This document shows, piece by piece, positions 10,054-20,813 of a stretch of DNA of 64,000 bases (the first letter of the stretch is position 1; each line of letters starts with the position of its first letter). The notes below the pieces were generated by a model. The model saw only the letters and a program-made list of their open reading frames with translations, had not been told where the DNA came from and did not search any database. The position numbers and the translations under genes were made by a program. Origin of the DNA: an uncultured Acidobacteriota bacterium (GTDB taxonomy: Bacteria; Acidobacteriota; Thermoanaerobaculia; Gp7-AA8); NCBI GenBank assembly GCA_963741955.1, contig CAVUKB010000005.1:224001-288000 (forward strand), read 5' to 3'.

Positions 10054-10521
10054 ATGATGAACGATTCCGTTTCAACGGACCGTCGGACCTTCATCAACTG
10101 GTTCCTCGGCACCACCGCGGGGGCACTCCTCGTCTCTGCGGCATACCCCGTCTTCCGCTACCTCAGTCCCCCGCGGGTTCCCGAAGCAACGACGAACCAG
10201 GTCGATGCCGGAGCGGTCAATGATCCGACCTTCCTCGAGAAGGGATTCAAGATCATCCGTTTCGGGGCCGATCCGGTCATCGTGATCCGGATGAGTGAGA
10301 AGGAGTTCCGTGCGTTCTCCGCAACGTGTACTCATCTCGCCTGCATCGTCGAATACGAGAAGAAGAAGACCAGGATCCACTGCAACTGCCATGGGGGCGT
10401 GTTCGACCTGACCGGCCGGAACGTCTCCGGGCCTCCGCCGAAACCGCTGACCCCGTTCAAAGTGAACCTGGTCTCCAAAGGGAGCGGCCAACCCGACTCC
10501 GTGATCGTGTCGAGGGCGTGA
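10054..10521 (+). CDS. Rieske 2Fe-2S subunit of a Rieske/cytochrome b complex
   Basis: Tat motif DRRTFI, boxes CTHLAC and CNCHGGVFD, and a GPPPKPL loop. Confidence 0.92.
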   Translation: MMNDSVSTDRRTFINWFLGTTAGALLVSAAYPVFRYLSPPRVPEATTNQVDAGAVNDPTFLEKGFKIIRFGADPVIVIRMSEKEFRAFSATCTHLACIVEYEKKKTRIHCNCHGGVFDLTGRNVSGPPPKPLTPFKVNLVSKGSGQPDSVIVSRA

Positions 10522-10524
10522 GCG

Positions 10525-11691
10525 ATGAAGAAAATTACAGCACGCGTCTACGATTGGTTCGACGAACGGGTCGGCATCTCTCCGCTCATCGAGTTTCTCT
10601 CCCACAAGACCGTTCCTGAACACCGCTACAGCATCCTCTACTACCTCGGCGGTGTGACCCTCTTCTTTTTCGTGGTTCAGGTGATCACCGGAATCCTCCT
10701 GATGCTCTACTACCGCCCGTCCGCCGGAGAGGCGTTCGAGTCGGTGGAATTCATCATGACCACCGTCCCGTTCGGATGGCTGATCCGGTCGATCCACTCC
10801 TGGTCGGCGAACCTGATGGTGTTCTTCGCTTTCCTTCATCTGGTCAGCGTCTACTTCATGAAAGCGTACCGCCCGCCACGCGAGCTGACCTGGATCACCG
10901 GTGCGGTGGTCTTCCTTCTCGCACTCGGCTTCGGCTTCTCCGGATATCTACTCCCGTGGAACAAGCTCGCGTTCTTCGCCACCAAGGTGGGAACCGACAT
11001 CGCGGGCGTGGTTCCGATCGTCGGGCCCTGGACGCTTCGGTTTCTTCGAGGCGGTGATCGGGTCACGGGTGGAACGCTGTCGCGCTTCTATGGATGGCAC
11101 GTTGCGATTCTTCCCGCGATTACGAGCTTTTTCATCCTCGCGCATCTGGTGCTCGTGCAGCTGAAGGGAATGAGCGTTCCGGCAGGGGTTCAGGAAGAAG
11201 CGTCGAAGCGTAAGGCAATGAAGTTCTTCCCCCACTACATGCTGCGAGATCTCTTCGCCTGGATCATCGGTCTCGGCGTTCTCGCATCGCTCGCTGCTCT
11301 CTTCCCGTGGGAGCTGGGCGAGAAAGCGGATCCGTTCGCACCGGCGTACGCGAACATCCGTCCCGAGTGGTACTTCGTCTACATGTTCCAGACGCTGAAG
11401 CTCGTGCCGGGAGGTTCGATACTGGGGATCGAGTACGAGGCGATCGCAATCCTCCTCTTCGGTCTGTTCTTCATGCTGCTGGTGATGGTTCCCTTCCTCG
11501 ATCGCGGAGTCAGGGAGAAGGCGCGAAGTCCCATGTTCACGGTGATCGGAGTGGTCATGCTGGTGTACATGCTGGCCATGACCATCTGGGGCTACGCGTC
11601 GCTGCTCCCTCTCTACATCGCCCTGGTGGTGATCCTGCTGCTTCTCATCGGCTTCTTCACCAATCGCAAAGTCGAAGGAGGAGCATCATGA
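10525..11691 (+). CDS. Cytochrome b (b6 and subunit IV regions fused)
   Basis: Motifs [25 protein letters not shown]...AHL and PEWY. Confidence 0.93.
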   Translation: MKKITARVYDWFDERVGISPLIEFLSHKTVPEHRYSILYYLGGVTLFFFVVQVITGILLMLYYRPSAGEAFESVEFIMTTVPFGWLIRSIHSWSANLMVFFAFLHLVSVYFMKAYRPPRELTWITGAVVFLLALGFGFSGYLLPWNKLAFFATKVGTDIAGVVPIVGPWTLRFLRGGDRVTGGTLSRFYGWHVAILPAITSFFILAHLVLVQLKGMSVPAGVQEEASKRKAMKFFPHYMLRDLFAWIIGLGVLASLAALFPWELGEKADPFAPAYANIRPEWYFVYMFQTLKLVPGGSILGIEYEAIAILLFGLFFMLLVMVPFLDRGVREKARSPMFTVIGVVMLVYMLAMTIWGYASLLPLYIALVVILLLLIGFFTNRKVEGGAS

Positions 11692-13451
11692 GACCGGTCG
11701 AAAGACATTCCATCAGCTGGAGCGGGTCTCTACGACTGCTGGCGCTCGCATTCGGACTCGGAGTCACCGCGGTACCCGCAGTGCTCGCCGCCGGTGGTCC
11801 GAAGGAAACCTCCTGCACGACCTGCCACAGCGACAAGACGATGTTCGACGACTCGGGTGTCGCGATCGTCACTCATTTCCGGCAGGGAGTCCACGCCTCG
11901 GTCGGTCTTTCCTGTCACGACTGCCACGGTGGAAATCCGGACCTCAAAGTCGCGGACGATCCGGGCGCGGCGATGGACCCGAATTACAAGCCGCATCCAT
12001 TCGTGGGAAAACCGGAACGGAAGGACATCCCGGAGTTCTGCGGATCGTGCCATTCGTCACCCGACTTCATGAAGCGCTACAAACCGGAAGCGCGCACCGA
12101 TCAGGTGAAGGAATACTGGACCAGCCAGCACGGTCAGCTCCTGCGCCACGGTGATGCGAACGTCGCAACCTGCGTCGACTGCCACAGCGTGCACGGAATT
12201 CTCCGGGTCGACAACTCCGACTCCCCCGTCTTCGCTCAGAACGTGGCGAAGACCTGCAGCCACTGTCACTCCGATCCGACCCGAATGGCCGGATACAAGG
12301 ACCGCTATGGCGATCCGATCCCGGTCGATCAATACGCGCGCTGGTCGCGAAGCGTTCACGCGAACGCGCTGTTGGTGAAGGAGGATCTTTCCGCGCCGAC
12401 CTGCAACGACTGCCACGGGAATCACGGCGCGACTCCTCCTGGTCTCGAGTCGGTCGCTTTCGTCTGCGGCAACTGCCACAGTCGCGAGGCGGAGCTCTTC
12501 CGCGCCAGCCCGAAGGCGGCACCGTTCGACGAGCACAATACGTATCTCGCCTCGGCCAACGGTGAGTGCGGGACGTGTCACGATCCTTCCGAAGTGAAGG
12601 TGAAGAAGATCGCCCATTTCGGGGAGTGCATCACCTGCCACGAAAATCACGCCGTGATCCGGCCGACCATCGCACTCCTCGGACATCTCCCCGAGACCCC
12701 GTGCGCGTTCTGTCACGAGGGAGTCGGTCCTCTCTCCGAGAAGTACGGCGAGCCGCCCGAGAAGCTGCAGCACTACGAAACGGTGAAGGCGTCACTCCTT
12801 TCCCAGGCAAAGCAGAAGGGACTGAGCGGGAAGGACCTCTTCGACTGGATGGTCGATCAGGCGACTCATCTTTCCACGCACATCGTGGCCGGTACCGGAA
12901 GCGGAACCGAGGCGCCCGAGCTCCGGCCGGAGTTCCAGCGTCTGTTCGATAAATTCCGAATCGGAAAGACCCACTTCTCCTACGAGGATCCGGTTACGAA
13001 GAAGTTGGTGACCGTCCCGGTGCGGCAGTGCACCGATTGCCACTCCAAAGAGGGTTCAACCGGAAATGTCGTTTCCGGCGAGATGCTCTCATCGATGCGG
13101 CAGCTGACCTCCGTCACGGCGCGTGCCGAGCGGATCCTCCTGGCAGCGAAACGCGGCGGAGTGGAAGTCCGGAAAGCCGAGCCGGAGCTGGACGGTGCGG
13201 TCGACGGACAGATCCAGCTCGAAGTGCTCGTCCACTCGTTCTCGCCGAAGGGACCCTTCCTCGAGAAACGCAAAGAAGGTCTGACCCACGCGGAAGCAGC
13301 TCTGGTCTCGGCGAAGAACTCGCTGCACGAGCTCAGCTACCGCCGGAGCGGATTGGTGATCGCGTTGGGATTCATCGTTCTCACTCTCGTCGCACTCGGA
13401 CTGAAGATCCGTCAACTCGCGAGACGCGACGGCATCGGACGGAGTGAGTGA
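11688..13451 (+). CDS. Membrane-anchored multiheme cytochrome c (11 CxxCH)
   Basis: ATGA overlap with cytochrome b, signal peptide, 11 CxxCH motifs counted by eye, and a C-terminal transmembrane helix. Confidence 0.9.
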   Translation: MRPVERHSISWSGSLRLLALAFGLGVTAVPAVLAAGGPKETSCTTCHSDKTMFDDSGVAIVTHFRQGVHASVGLSCHDCHGGNPDLKVADDPGAAMDPNYKPHPFVGKPERKDIPEFCGSCHSSPDFMKRYKPEARTDQVKEYWTSQHGQLLRHGDANVATCVDCHSVHGILRVDNSDSPVFAQNVAKTCSHCHSDPTRMAGYKDRYGDPIPVDQYARWSRSVHANALLVKEDLSAPTCNDCHGNHGATPPGLESVAFVCGNCHSREAELFRASPKAAPFDEHNTYLASANGECGTCHDPSEVKVKKIAHFGECITCHENHAVIRPTIALLGHLPETPCAFCHEGVGPLSEKYGEPPEKLQHYETVKASLLSQAKQKGLSGKDLFDWMVDQATHLSTHIVAGTGSGTEAPELRPEFQRLFDKFRIGKTHFSYEDPVTKKLVTVPVRQCTDCHSKEGSTGNVVSGEMLSSMRQLTSVTARAERILLAAKRGGVEVRKAEPELDGAVDGQIQLEVLVHSFSPKGPFLEKRKEGLTHAEAALVSAKNSLHELSYRRSGLVIALGFIVLTLVALGLKIRQLARRDGIGRSE

Positions 13452-13477
13452 TCGGCGGATTCGATCCACGCACATGC

Positions 13478-13512
13478 AAAACGGCCGGACTGCAAGTCCG
13501 GCCGTTTTCTTT
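13478..13512. terminator. Bidirectional intrinsic terminator
   Basis: AAAACGGCCGGAC-TGCAA-GTCCGGCCGTTTT between convergent genes. Confidence 0.85.
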
Positions 13513-13559
13513 CGTGCAGTTCGTCGGGACTCTTTCTCCCGGCGTCGTGACGATGGCGA

Positions 13560-13940
13560 TCAGGTTCCCGACGGACGCCCGCGGCGCGCGGGTCGAGAGA
13601 TGTCGATCATCGCCATCCGCTCTTTCTCGTCGTACCAGCAGCGAAAGCGCTTGATACCGGGAACGTCGATCTGGTAATGACGGAAGAAGCTCGGGACGTG
13701 CAACGAGGTCGACTTGTCGGACTGACGGATCTTCGCCGCACCCTCTTCGCGCTTGTCGATCGGCTTGATTCCGATCACCTTGCGTTTGCGATCGTAGAAG
13801 AGTTGCGCGTTACTCCTGCCTCGAAGTCGGAGCATGTTGGCAACCGGAGACGCAATGCGGATCAGACGCGACTGGACGATCGTCGCCGACGCGGGAAACT
13901 TGTCGTACTCAGGCTTCGGCTCCCATTTCTCGAATGCCAT
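13560..13940 (-). CDS. Small basic hypothetical protein with a C-terminal RGRP (AT-hook-like) motif
   Basis: GAGGAG RBS and ATG start. 126 aa, K/R-rich, ending RPARRGRPSGT. Confidence 0.7.
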   Translation of the reverse strand: MAFEKWEPKPEYDKFPASATIVQSRLIRIASPVANMLRLRGRSNAQLFYDRKRKVIGIKPIDKREEGAAKIRQSDKSTSLHVPSFFRHYQIDVPGIKRFRCWYDEKERMAMIDISRPARRGRPSGT

Positions 13941-14258
13941 GCTCCACTCTCCTCACCCATCACGTGATGCTGGCGTGTTGGGCCCATCATAATTTCTGTA
14001 CAGATTTTGTCAATCTTTTATCGCGAGCAATTCTGTACAAATAACACGTTAACAGGCCCGGGTATTCTATGTTATTTGAGGCCCCGATTAACAAACACCA
14101 TTATCGCGGGAGAAAGCTTTCGAATTCCCGCAGGACCGATTCTCGTGCAAATTATGAGGGATAAAGGGGGTTACTGTTTTCCGGCCGAAGCGAGCTCAGC
14201 CATTTGGCGAGCCGGACCCTTCCTGGAGTTGCCCTGGCCGGGTGCCTCCTCCCGCCCG

Positions 14259-15311
14259 TCAGGCGAGTGCTTCCGGAATCCGGTATCCGTAGAACGTCAA
14301 GAGGAAGCAGAGCACCCCAAGGACCAGTCCGGCCAGCGAATCGACCAGGTAGTGCCAGCCGGTGACGACCGATCCGACGAAGATCACCGCGGTGATGAGC
14401 GCGCCTACGAGTGCAGAACGACGCCACAGAGCGGCGACCCACAATGCGATGAAGCTCACTGACGCGACGTGGAGAGAGGGAAACGCCGCGATCCCCAGCG
14501 AGATGTGAACCGAGGGATCGATGATCCCCTCCTTCAGCTTCAACACCGCGATGAAGTTTCGCAGCAGCGCGGCCTGAGAGCCGATGGTGGTGGGAAGGGC
14601 GTTTCCCAGGTCAGCCCAGATCACTTGAAAGCGGTACGCGGGGCCCATGGCCGGGACGAGATAGTAGAGCCACGCGCCGGTGATCCAAAGTACCGCGGTT
14701 CCGGTAAAGAACGCGACGCGAACCCGTTCGTTCTTCAGAGAGAGAAACACCACCAGGGATGCGAAGAGCGAGTTCTGGAAGACGGCAGCGTAGCTCCAGT
14801 CGACGAATCGGAGGAAGGGAGGCCAGGCGAAAAGAGTGAGGAGAAATTCATTCGGCGAGCGGCCGCCGAATATGAACCGATCGATCTGCGACAGGCGGAT
14901 GTCGAACCATTCCGCACGCGTCACCGGGAGGGTGACCTTGATCGATTCATAGACCCAGATGGTGATCAGGAAGAAGAACATCAGTCGTGCGGTGAGTACG
15001 AGCCAGCGCACGCTGACGATGGTCCGGAGGTAGTCACGTGCGTGCCTCCGAACCGCCGAGGCGACCAGATGGCCCGCCAACGCCACCGCGGCGATGAACA
15101 CGATCGGCTCGACCATCGAGATGAGCGGCACGTAGGCCTGAACCGGACCGATCGGGAGTCGTGCGCGGAAAAAGACCAGGTGCACCAGAGGAAGCTGAGC
15201 GAGGAGAAAGATCTCGAAGAAGAGGGGGCGCCTGAGAAAGGGAAGCGGTGGAAGTGATCTGCGACCCTGCGCGACGGGAGCGGCGCCTGACTGGACGGAT
15301 TCGCTGCTCAT
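14259..15311 (-). CDS. PAP2-superfamily membrane protein (AUR1/IPC-synthase-like)
   Basis: Multiple transmembrane helices with PAMGP, AFPSLH and WHYLVD motifs. Confidence 0.8.
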   Translation of the reverse strand: MSSESVQSGAAPVAQGRRSLPPLPFLRRPLFFEIFLLAQLPLVHLVFFRARLPIGPVQAYVPLISMVEPIVFIAAVALAGHLVASAVRRHARDYLRTIVSVRWLVLTARLMFFFLITIWVYESIKVTLPVTRAEWFDIRLSQIDRFIFGGRSPNEFLLTLFAWPPFLRFVDWSYAAVFQNSLFASLVVFLSLKNERVRVAFFTGTAVLWITGAWLYYLVPAMGPAYRFQVIWADLGNALPTTIGSQAALLRNFIAVLKLKEGIIDPSVHISLGIAAFPSLHVASVSFIALWVAALWRRSALVGALITAVIFVGSVVTGWHYLVDSLAGLVLGVLCFLLTFYGYRIPEALA

Positions 15312-15479
15312 CGGTCGCGACTTACGGTAAGGAGTTCACTGTTCTTTGTCAATTACCCGGGACCCGTGTCGTCGCGCCCGATCGCCGGTCCATCGTGTCG
15401 AGGGTCCGCCCTCCCCACTTGTCTTCCTTTCGCCGCCGAGGTACCCTCGCGACGGGACTTCCGCAGGGCCGAATCATCA

Positions 15480-17009
15480 ATGCTCTCGAAAGTATTGACG
15501 GCTGCGACCTTCGGAATTGATGCAGTAAGAATCAGCGTAGAAGTCGGCAAGGTCATGGGCCTGCCGAACTTCACCATGGTCGGGTTGCCCGACACCGCCG
15601 TGCGCGAAGCATACGCGCGGGTGCGCTCTGCGCTCGCGAGCTGCGGGCTCCGCTACCCCCCCGAGAACCTCGTCATCAACCTCTCCCCTGCCGACGTGAA
15701 AAAGGAAGGCTCGGCATTCGATCTTCCCATCGCCATCGGTATCCTGCAGTCGGCGGACGTCCTTCGCGACGAGCATCTTCGAGGAAGGGTGTTCGTCGGC
15801 GAGCTCTCACTCGACGGAGCACTCGCCCCGATCCGCGGAGCACTCTCCATCAGCGCCGCATTCGCCGGAGAGAAAGAGATACGGGAGATCATCGTTCCGG
15901 CAGACAACGCGAATGAGGCGGCGGCTGTGGCGTCGGTCCGCGTGATCGGTGTGCCACATCTGCCGGCTCTGATGGATCACCTCCGCGGTGAATCTCCGAT
16001 CGAGCCCTGCCAAACACGCGCATTCGTCGAGGAGCCGGTGGACGGCATCGACTTCTCCGAAGTGCGCGGGCAGGCCCACGCGAAACGCGCGCTCGAAGTC
16101 GCGGCAGCGGGTGGCCACAACGTGATGATGATCGGCCCTCCCGGCTCCGGAAAATCGATGCTCGCCAAACGTCTTCCGTCGATTCTTCCGCGGCTGTCGC
16201 TGCAGGAGTCGATCGAGACGACGAAGATCCACTCGGTGGCGGGGATTCTCCAGCCGGGATCCGGGCTGGTTCCGCGGCGTCCGTTCAGGGCTCCGCATCA
16301 CACCATCTCCAACGCCGGTCTGGTCGGCGGCGGATCGAATCCGAGACCGGGCGAAGTCAGCCTCGCGCATCACGGTGTCCTCTTCCTCGACGAATTGCCC
16401 GAGTTCCGGCGCGACGTTCTGGAAGTGATGCGACAGCCGATGGAGGAAGGGCGGGTGACGATCTCGCGCGCATCGCGCACCCTCACTTTCCCCGCCCAGT
16501 TCACGCTCGCTGCGGCGCTCAACCCCTGTCCCTGCGGCTATTTCAACGACACGCGGCGCCAGTGCAGTTGTTCCACCCAGCAGATCGCCCGCTATCTCGC
16601 ACGTATCTCGGGTCCGCTACTCGATCGGATCGATCTTCAGGTGGAAGTGCCCGCGCTCTCACCCGAGGAGATCAGCAGCACCAACGCGGGGGAGAAATCG
16701 GCGTCGATCCGGGCCAGAGTCGAGGCGGCGCGCACGGTGCAACGCGAGCGGTTCCGGCACTCCCACATCGATTCGAACGCGGAGATGGCTACGCGGCATC
16801 TGCGGAAGTACTGCGCCCTCGATTCCGGATCTCAGCGTATTCTCGATCATGCCGTCGAGAAGCTGGGGCTCTCGGCTCGTGCGTACGATCGGATCCTGAA
16901 AGTGGCGCGGACCATCGCGGATCTGGAGGGTGGCGAGGGTATCGCGTCACAGCACGTGGCGGAGGCGATTCAGTATCGTGCGCTCGACAAGGCGTACTTC
17001 CGGCAGTGA
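15480..17009 (+). CDS. comM: YifB/ComM Mg-chelatase-like AAA+ ATPase
   Basis: Motifs VGLPDTAVRE, KKEGSAFDLPIA, GPPGSGKS, PFRAPHH, LFLDELPEF, NPCPCG and SGPLLDRID. Confidence 0.93.
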   Translation: MLSKVLTAATFGIDAVRISVEVGKVMGLPNFTMVGLPDTAVREAYARVRSALASCGLRYPPENLVINLSPADVKKEGSAFDLPIAIGILQSADVLRDEHLRGRVFVGELSLDGALAPIRGALSISAAFAGEKEIREIIVPADNANEAAAVASVRVIGVPHLPALMDHLRGESPIEPCQTRAFVEEPVDGIDFSEVRGQAHAKRALEVAAAGGHNVMMIGPPGSGKSMLAKRLPSILPRLSLQESIETTKIHSVAGILQPGSGLVPRRPFRAPHHTISNAGLVGGGSNPRPGEVSLAHHGVLFLDELPEFRRDVLEVMRQPMEEGRVTISRASRTLTFPAQFTLAAALNPCPCGYFNDTRRQCSCSTQQIARYLARISGPLLDRIDLQVEVPALSPEEISSTNAGEKSASIRARVEAARTVQRERFRHSHIDSNAEMATRHLRKYCALDSGSQRILDHAVEKLGLSARAYDRILKVARTIADLEGGEGIASQHVAEAIQYRALDKAYFRQ

Positions 17010-17074
17010 GCGCGCGGTCGTTCCGATACGAGAGAGGGCGCACGCGAAGAGCGCCGGCTCCAGGCCACCGGCGG

Positions 17075-18952
17075 TCAGCTCGAGGCGGCGGGAACGCGCG
17101 GCTCTTCAACCGTCGCCTGCTCTTTGTACTGAAGCTCGTAGAGGCGCCGATACAGGCCATTGATCCGCAGCAGCTCTTCGTGCGTGCCGCACTCCCGGAT
17201 CTCGCCGTGATGGAACACGAGGATGGCATCCGCGGAACGGATGGTCGAGAGACGGTGCGCGATCACGATCGACGTGCGACCTTCCATCAGCACCTCGATC
17301 CCCTGCTGGATCAGCCGTTCCGTCTCCGTATCGATGGACGAAGTCGCCTCGTCGAGAATCAGGACCGGCGGATCGAACGCGAGCGCCCTGGCGAACGAGA
17401 GAAGCTGCTTCTCGCCGACCGACAGTCCCGCTCCCCTCTCCCGCACCTCGGCGCCATACCCTTCCGGCAAGCGGGTGATGAAACGCTCCGCTTCGACCCT
17501 TCGAGCCGCGTTGCGCACCGCGTCGGCCCCGATCCGCGGATCCGAGAGGGCGATATTCTCCTCGATGGTTCCGCTGAAGAGGAAGAAGTCCTGCTGCACG
17601 ATGGCAAAGAGACGTCGAAGCGACTGGAGTGCGACGCGCCTGATGTCGATTCCGTTGATCAGGATCACTCCGCGCTGGATGTCGTAGAAACGGAGAAGGA
17701 GATTCGTGACGGTGGTCTTCCCCGCTCCGGTATGTCCGACGATCGCGATCCTCTGGCCGCGCCTGACGTCGAAAGAGACGTTCTTCAGCACCCATTCTTC
17801 GTCGTTGTAGGCGAACCAGACGTCGCGGAACTCGATGCTCTCGACGTGATCGAGTTCGATCGAGTCGGAGGCGTCGGTGATGCGGACGGGCGTGTCGACC
17901 AACCGGAAGATCCGTTCGCTCGCCGCCATCGCCGCCTGCAGGATGTTGTACTTCTCCGACAGATCCGAGATCGGCTCGTAGAAGCGTTGCGCGTACTGGA
18001 AGAACGCGATCAGTGCACCGATGGTCAGCGTGCCCTGAATGACCTTCCCACCGCCGTACCAGACGATCAGCGCGATTCCGACCGACTGGATCAGCTCCAC
18101 GGCCGGATAGAAGATCGAGTAGTAGAAGATCGATTCGATGTTCGCGTCGCGGTGGCGCGCGTTGAGGTGGTCGAACTTCTCCCCCTCTTCCCCTTCACGG
18201 TTGAAGAGCTGGACCACCGGCATCCCGGAGATGTGCTCCTGCAGAAACGCGTTGATCGCCGCGATCCGCGCCCGGACCTTCCGGTAGGTCTTGCGTGCAC
18301 CGCGTCGGAACCAGAGCGACACCACCACGATGAACGGCAGGATGCCGAACAGCACCAGCGCGAGCTGCCAGTTCATCCAGAAGAGGACGGCGACGATGCC
18401 GACGAGCACGAAGACGTCCCCGAAGATCGAGACGAACCCTGCGGTGAAAAGCTCGTTCAGTGCATCGACGTCGGTGGTCACTCGGGTGATGAGCCTTCCC
18501 ACCGGATTGCGGTCGAAGTACTGCACATCCAGCTTCTGCAGGTGCCCGAAAATCTGTTTCCGCAAGTCGTACATTACGTACTGACCCATCAGATTCATCA
18601 GGATCATCTGTCCGTAGAGGATCACGAAGCCGCCGACGAGCGTGAGGAGGTAGATGCCCGCCGCGAAATCGATTCCGGTCAGCCGGTCGGGCGACAGGTC
18701 CCACGCATGAAGGAGGTTCGCGACCGCCGCCGTGAGCCCGTTCCGGACCTGCGAGCCGGGTGGCTGCACGAAGAGATCGACCCCGACTGCGATGATCGCC
18801 GGCCCCGCGATCTCCGTCAGAGACGAGAGGATCACCAGGAGCACGGAAAAGAACGCGCGCCATCGGTACGGACGGAGATACGTCGCGAGCCGCCGGATGA
18901 GCCGCGGGTCGAAGCTCCTCGCCGCTTCCTCCTCGTGGCGCTCGATCGTCAT
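17075..18952 (-). CDS. ABC exporter, fused TMD-NBD (partner of the adjacent gene)
   Basis: GHTGAGKT, LSVGEKQ, ILDEATS and AHRLST. Confidence 0.93.
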   Translation of the reverse strand: MTIERHEEEAARSFDPRLIRRLATYLRPYRWRAFFSVLLVILSSLTEIAGPAIIAVGVDLFVQPPGSQVRNGLTAAVANLLHAWDLSPDRLTGIDFAAGIYLLTLVGGFVILYGQMILMNLMGQYVMYDLRKQIFGHLQKLDVQYFDRNPVGRLITRVTTDVDALNELFTAGFVSIFGDVFVLVGIVAVLFWMNWQLALVLFGILPFIVVVSLWFRRGARKTYRKVRARIAAINAFLQEHISGMPVVQLFNREGEEGEKFDHLNARHRDANIESIFYYSIFYPAVELIQSVGIALIVWYGGGKVIQGTLTIGALIAFFQYAQRFYEPISDLSEKYNILQAAMAASERIFRLVDTPVRITDASDSIELDHVESIEFRDVWFAYNDEEWVLKNVSFDVRRGQRIAIVGHTGAGKTTVTNLLLRFYDIQRGVILINGIDIRRVALQSLRRLFAIVQQDFFLFSGTIEENIALSDPRIGADAVRNAARRVEAERFITRLPEGYGAEVRERGAGLSVGEKQLLSFARALAFDPPVLILDEATSSIDTETERLIQQGIEVLMEGRTSIVIAHRLSTIRSADAILVFHHGEIRECGTHEELLRINGLYRRLYELQYKEQATVEEPRVPAASS

Positions 18953-20688
18953 GCGATCTCCTCGATCTCTTCTTCCAGAGTCTGCCGCCGGTAGAGATCC
19001 GCATAGTAGCCGTCGATCTCCATCAGATCGTCGTGGGTTCCCCTTTCGACGATCTCGCCGCGGTCGAGGACGATGATCTCGTCCGCTTCCTTGACCGACG
19101 AGACGCGGTGGGAGACGACGAGCACCGTCCTCCCCTTCCGCAGCTGCGCGAGCGCGTGGAGAATCCGCTCCTCCGTCGCGGTATCCACCGCACTGAGGGC
19201 GTCATCGAGAATGAGAATGGTGGGATTGCGAAGGATCGCCCGGGCGATGGCGGTGCGCTGCTTCTGCCCTCCCGAAAGAGTGATTCCCCTCTCGCCGATC
19301 ACCGTCTCGAGCCCGTTCGGGAACGATCCGACGTCGTCGCTCAATCCGGCGAGCGTCGCAGCCTCTTCGGTCTCTTCCTCCGACGCGCCGGAGCGTCCGA
19401 AACGGATGTTCTCGGCGATCGACTCGGAGAAGAGGAACGTCTCCTGCGGCACGACTCCGATCATTCCGCGGAGGTGCGCCGCAGGGACACTCTCGATGGC
19501 GCACCCGTCGAGGAAGACCTTCCCCTTCGGCGGCTCCCATGTTCGCGTGATCAGCGAGAGGAGCGTCGACTTTCCGCTTCCGGTTCGCCCGACGATTCCG
19601 ACCGTCGATCCCGCACGAACATGGAGGTTGACGTTCCGGAGGACGTCGTGCGTTCCATAACTGAACGTGAGATCGCGAATCTCGATCTCCCCACGAGTCG
19701 GCAGATGCGGACATTCCGGACCGACGAACGCGGCCGCCGGAGAATGCTGCCAGATCTCGTCGAGACGCTTCATCGAAGCCATCCCGCGCTGAAAGAGGTT
19801 GATCACCCATCCGAGGGCGATCAGAGGCCACACCATCCGCCCGAGGTAGAACGTGAAGGCGACGAATGCTCCGATGGACATCGTGCCGGCGATCATCTGT
19901 CGCCCGCCGACGAAGAACACCACTACGAACATGACGCCGATCACCGTGTGGAGCAGAGGGTAGAAGAGTGCGGTGAGATGGATCAGCGAGCGGTTCCTCT
20001 CCACGTACTCCCGATTCATCCTCTTGAAGTTCTCGACCTCGTTCGACTCCTGGGTGAACGCCCGTACCACGCGGACTCCGGCGAGGTTCTCCTGCACCCG
20101 CGCGGAGATGTCGCCGAAGTAGTCCTGGACGCTCCGGAACGTCACATGGATCTTCTCGCCGAAGAACTTCGCCATACCGGCGACGACCGGGACGGCGATG
20201 GAGCAGAAGAGTGCGAGGCGCCGATCGATCCGCATCATCATCACGAATGCGCCGATCACGACCAGGAGAGAGGAGAAGGAGTGCATCACGGCCGGCCCGA
20301 CGAGCATTCGCACCGACGCGAGATCGTTCGTTGCGCGAGACATGAGATCTCCGGTGCGCTGTCCCTGGTAGAACGGCGCCGGAAGAGTCTGGAGGTGCGC
20401 GTAGAAGTCGTTGCGCATGTCGTATTCGATGCGCCGCGAGGTCCCGATCAGGATCCATCGCTGGAGATACAGGAAGATCCCCTGGATTGCCGAAGCGGCA
20501 ACGACCAGAAGAGCGTATTCGAGCATCGCCGAACGGCTGAAGCTGTGGGTGAGCTCGTCGATGCCGTTTCCGATGAGTATCGGTTTGACGAGGGAGAACG
20601 CAGCCGAGCCGACCACACAGAGACCGCCGGTGAAGAGCGCCAACCTGTGGCGGCTGAAGTAGCTGAGGAGTCTTCTTCCCGGAGTCAT
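18949..20688 (-). CDS. ABC exporter, fused TMD-NBD (degenerate-site subunit of a heterodimer)
   Basis: GRTGSGKS, LSGGQKQR and ILDDALS (Asp in place of the catalytic Glu). 4-bp overlap with its partner. Confidence 0.93.
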   Translation of the reverse strand: MTPGRRLLSYFSRHRLALFTGGLCVVGSAAFSLVKPILIGNGIDELTHSFSRSAMLEYALLVVAASAIQGIFLYLQRWILIGTSRRIEYDMRNDFYAHLQTLPAPFYQGQRTGDLMSRATNDLASVRMLVGPAVMHSFSSLLVVIGAFVMMMRIDRRLALFCSIAVPVVAGMAKFFGEKIHVTFRSVQDYFGDISARVQENLAGVRVVRAFTQESNEVENFKRMNREYVERNRSLIHLTALFYPLLHTVIGVMFVVVFFVGGRQMIAGTMSIGAFVAFTFYLGRMVWPLIALGWVINLFQRGMASMKRLDEIWQHSPAAAFVGPECPHLPTRGEIEIRDLTFSYGTHDVLRNVNLHVRAGSTVGIVGRTGSGKSTLLSLITRTWEPPKGKVFLDGCAIESVPAAHLRGMIGVVPQETFLFSESIAENIRFGRSGASEEETEEAATLAGLSDDVGSFPNGLETVIGERGITLSGGQKQRTAIARAILRNPTILILDDALSAVDTATEERILHALAQLRKGRTVLVVSHRVSSVKEADEIIVLDRGEIVERGTHDDLMEIDGYYADLYRRQTLEEEIEEIA

Positions 20689-20813
20689 GACCTCTCCAAT
20701 AATCGCCCGGCTGCCGGTTTTATGCCTCGTGCACGTCAGCTGTGACGGAACTCTTCAGGAGCGCGGCGAGCCTGGAATTCACCCGCGCCGCAGCGCGAAG
20801 AACGAGCACCCTC

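Noticed and set aside
16562-18994. 810-aa plus-strand ORF and similar long antisense ORFs (19033-20745, 37340-39382, 57976-59814)
   Set aside because: Shadow frames of well-supported opposite-strand genes, with no recognisable motifs.
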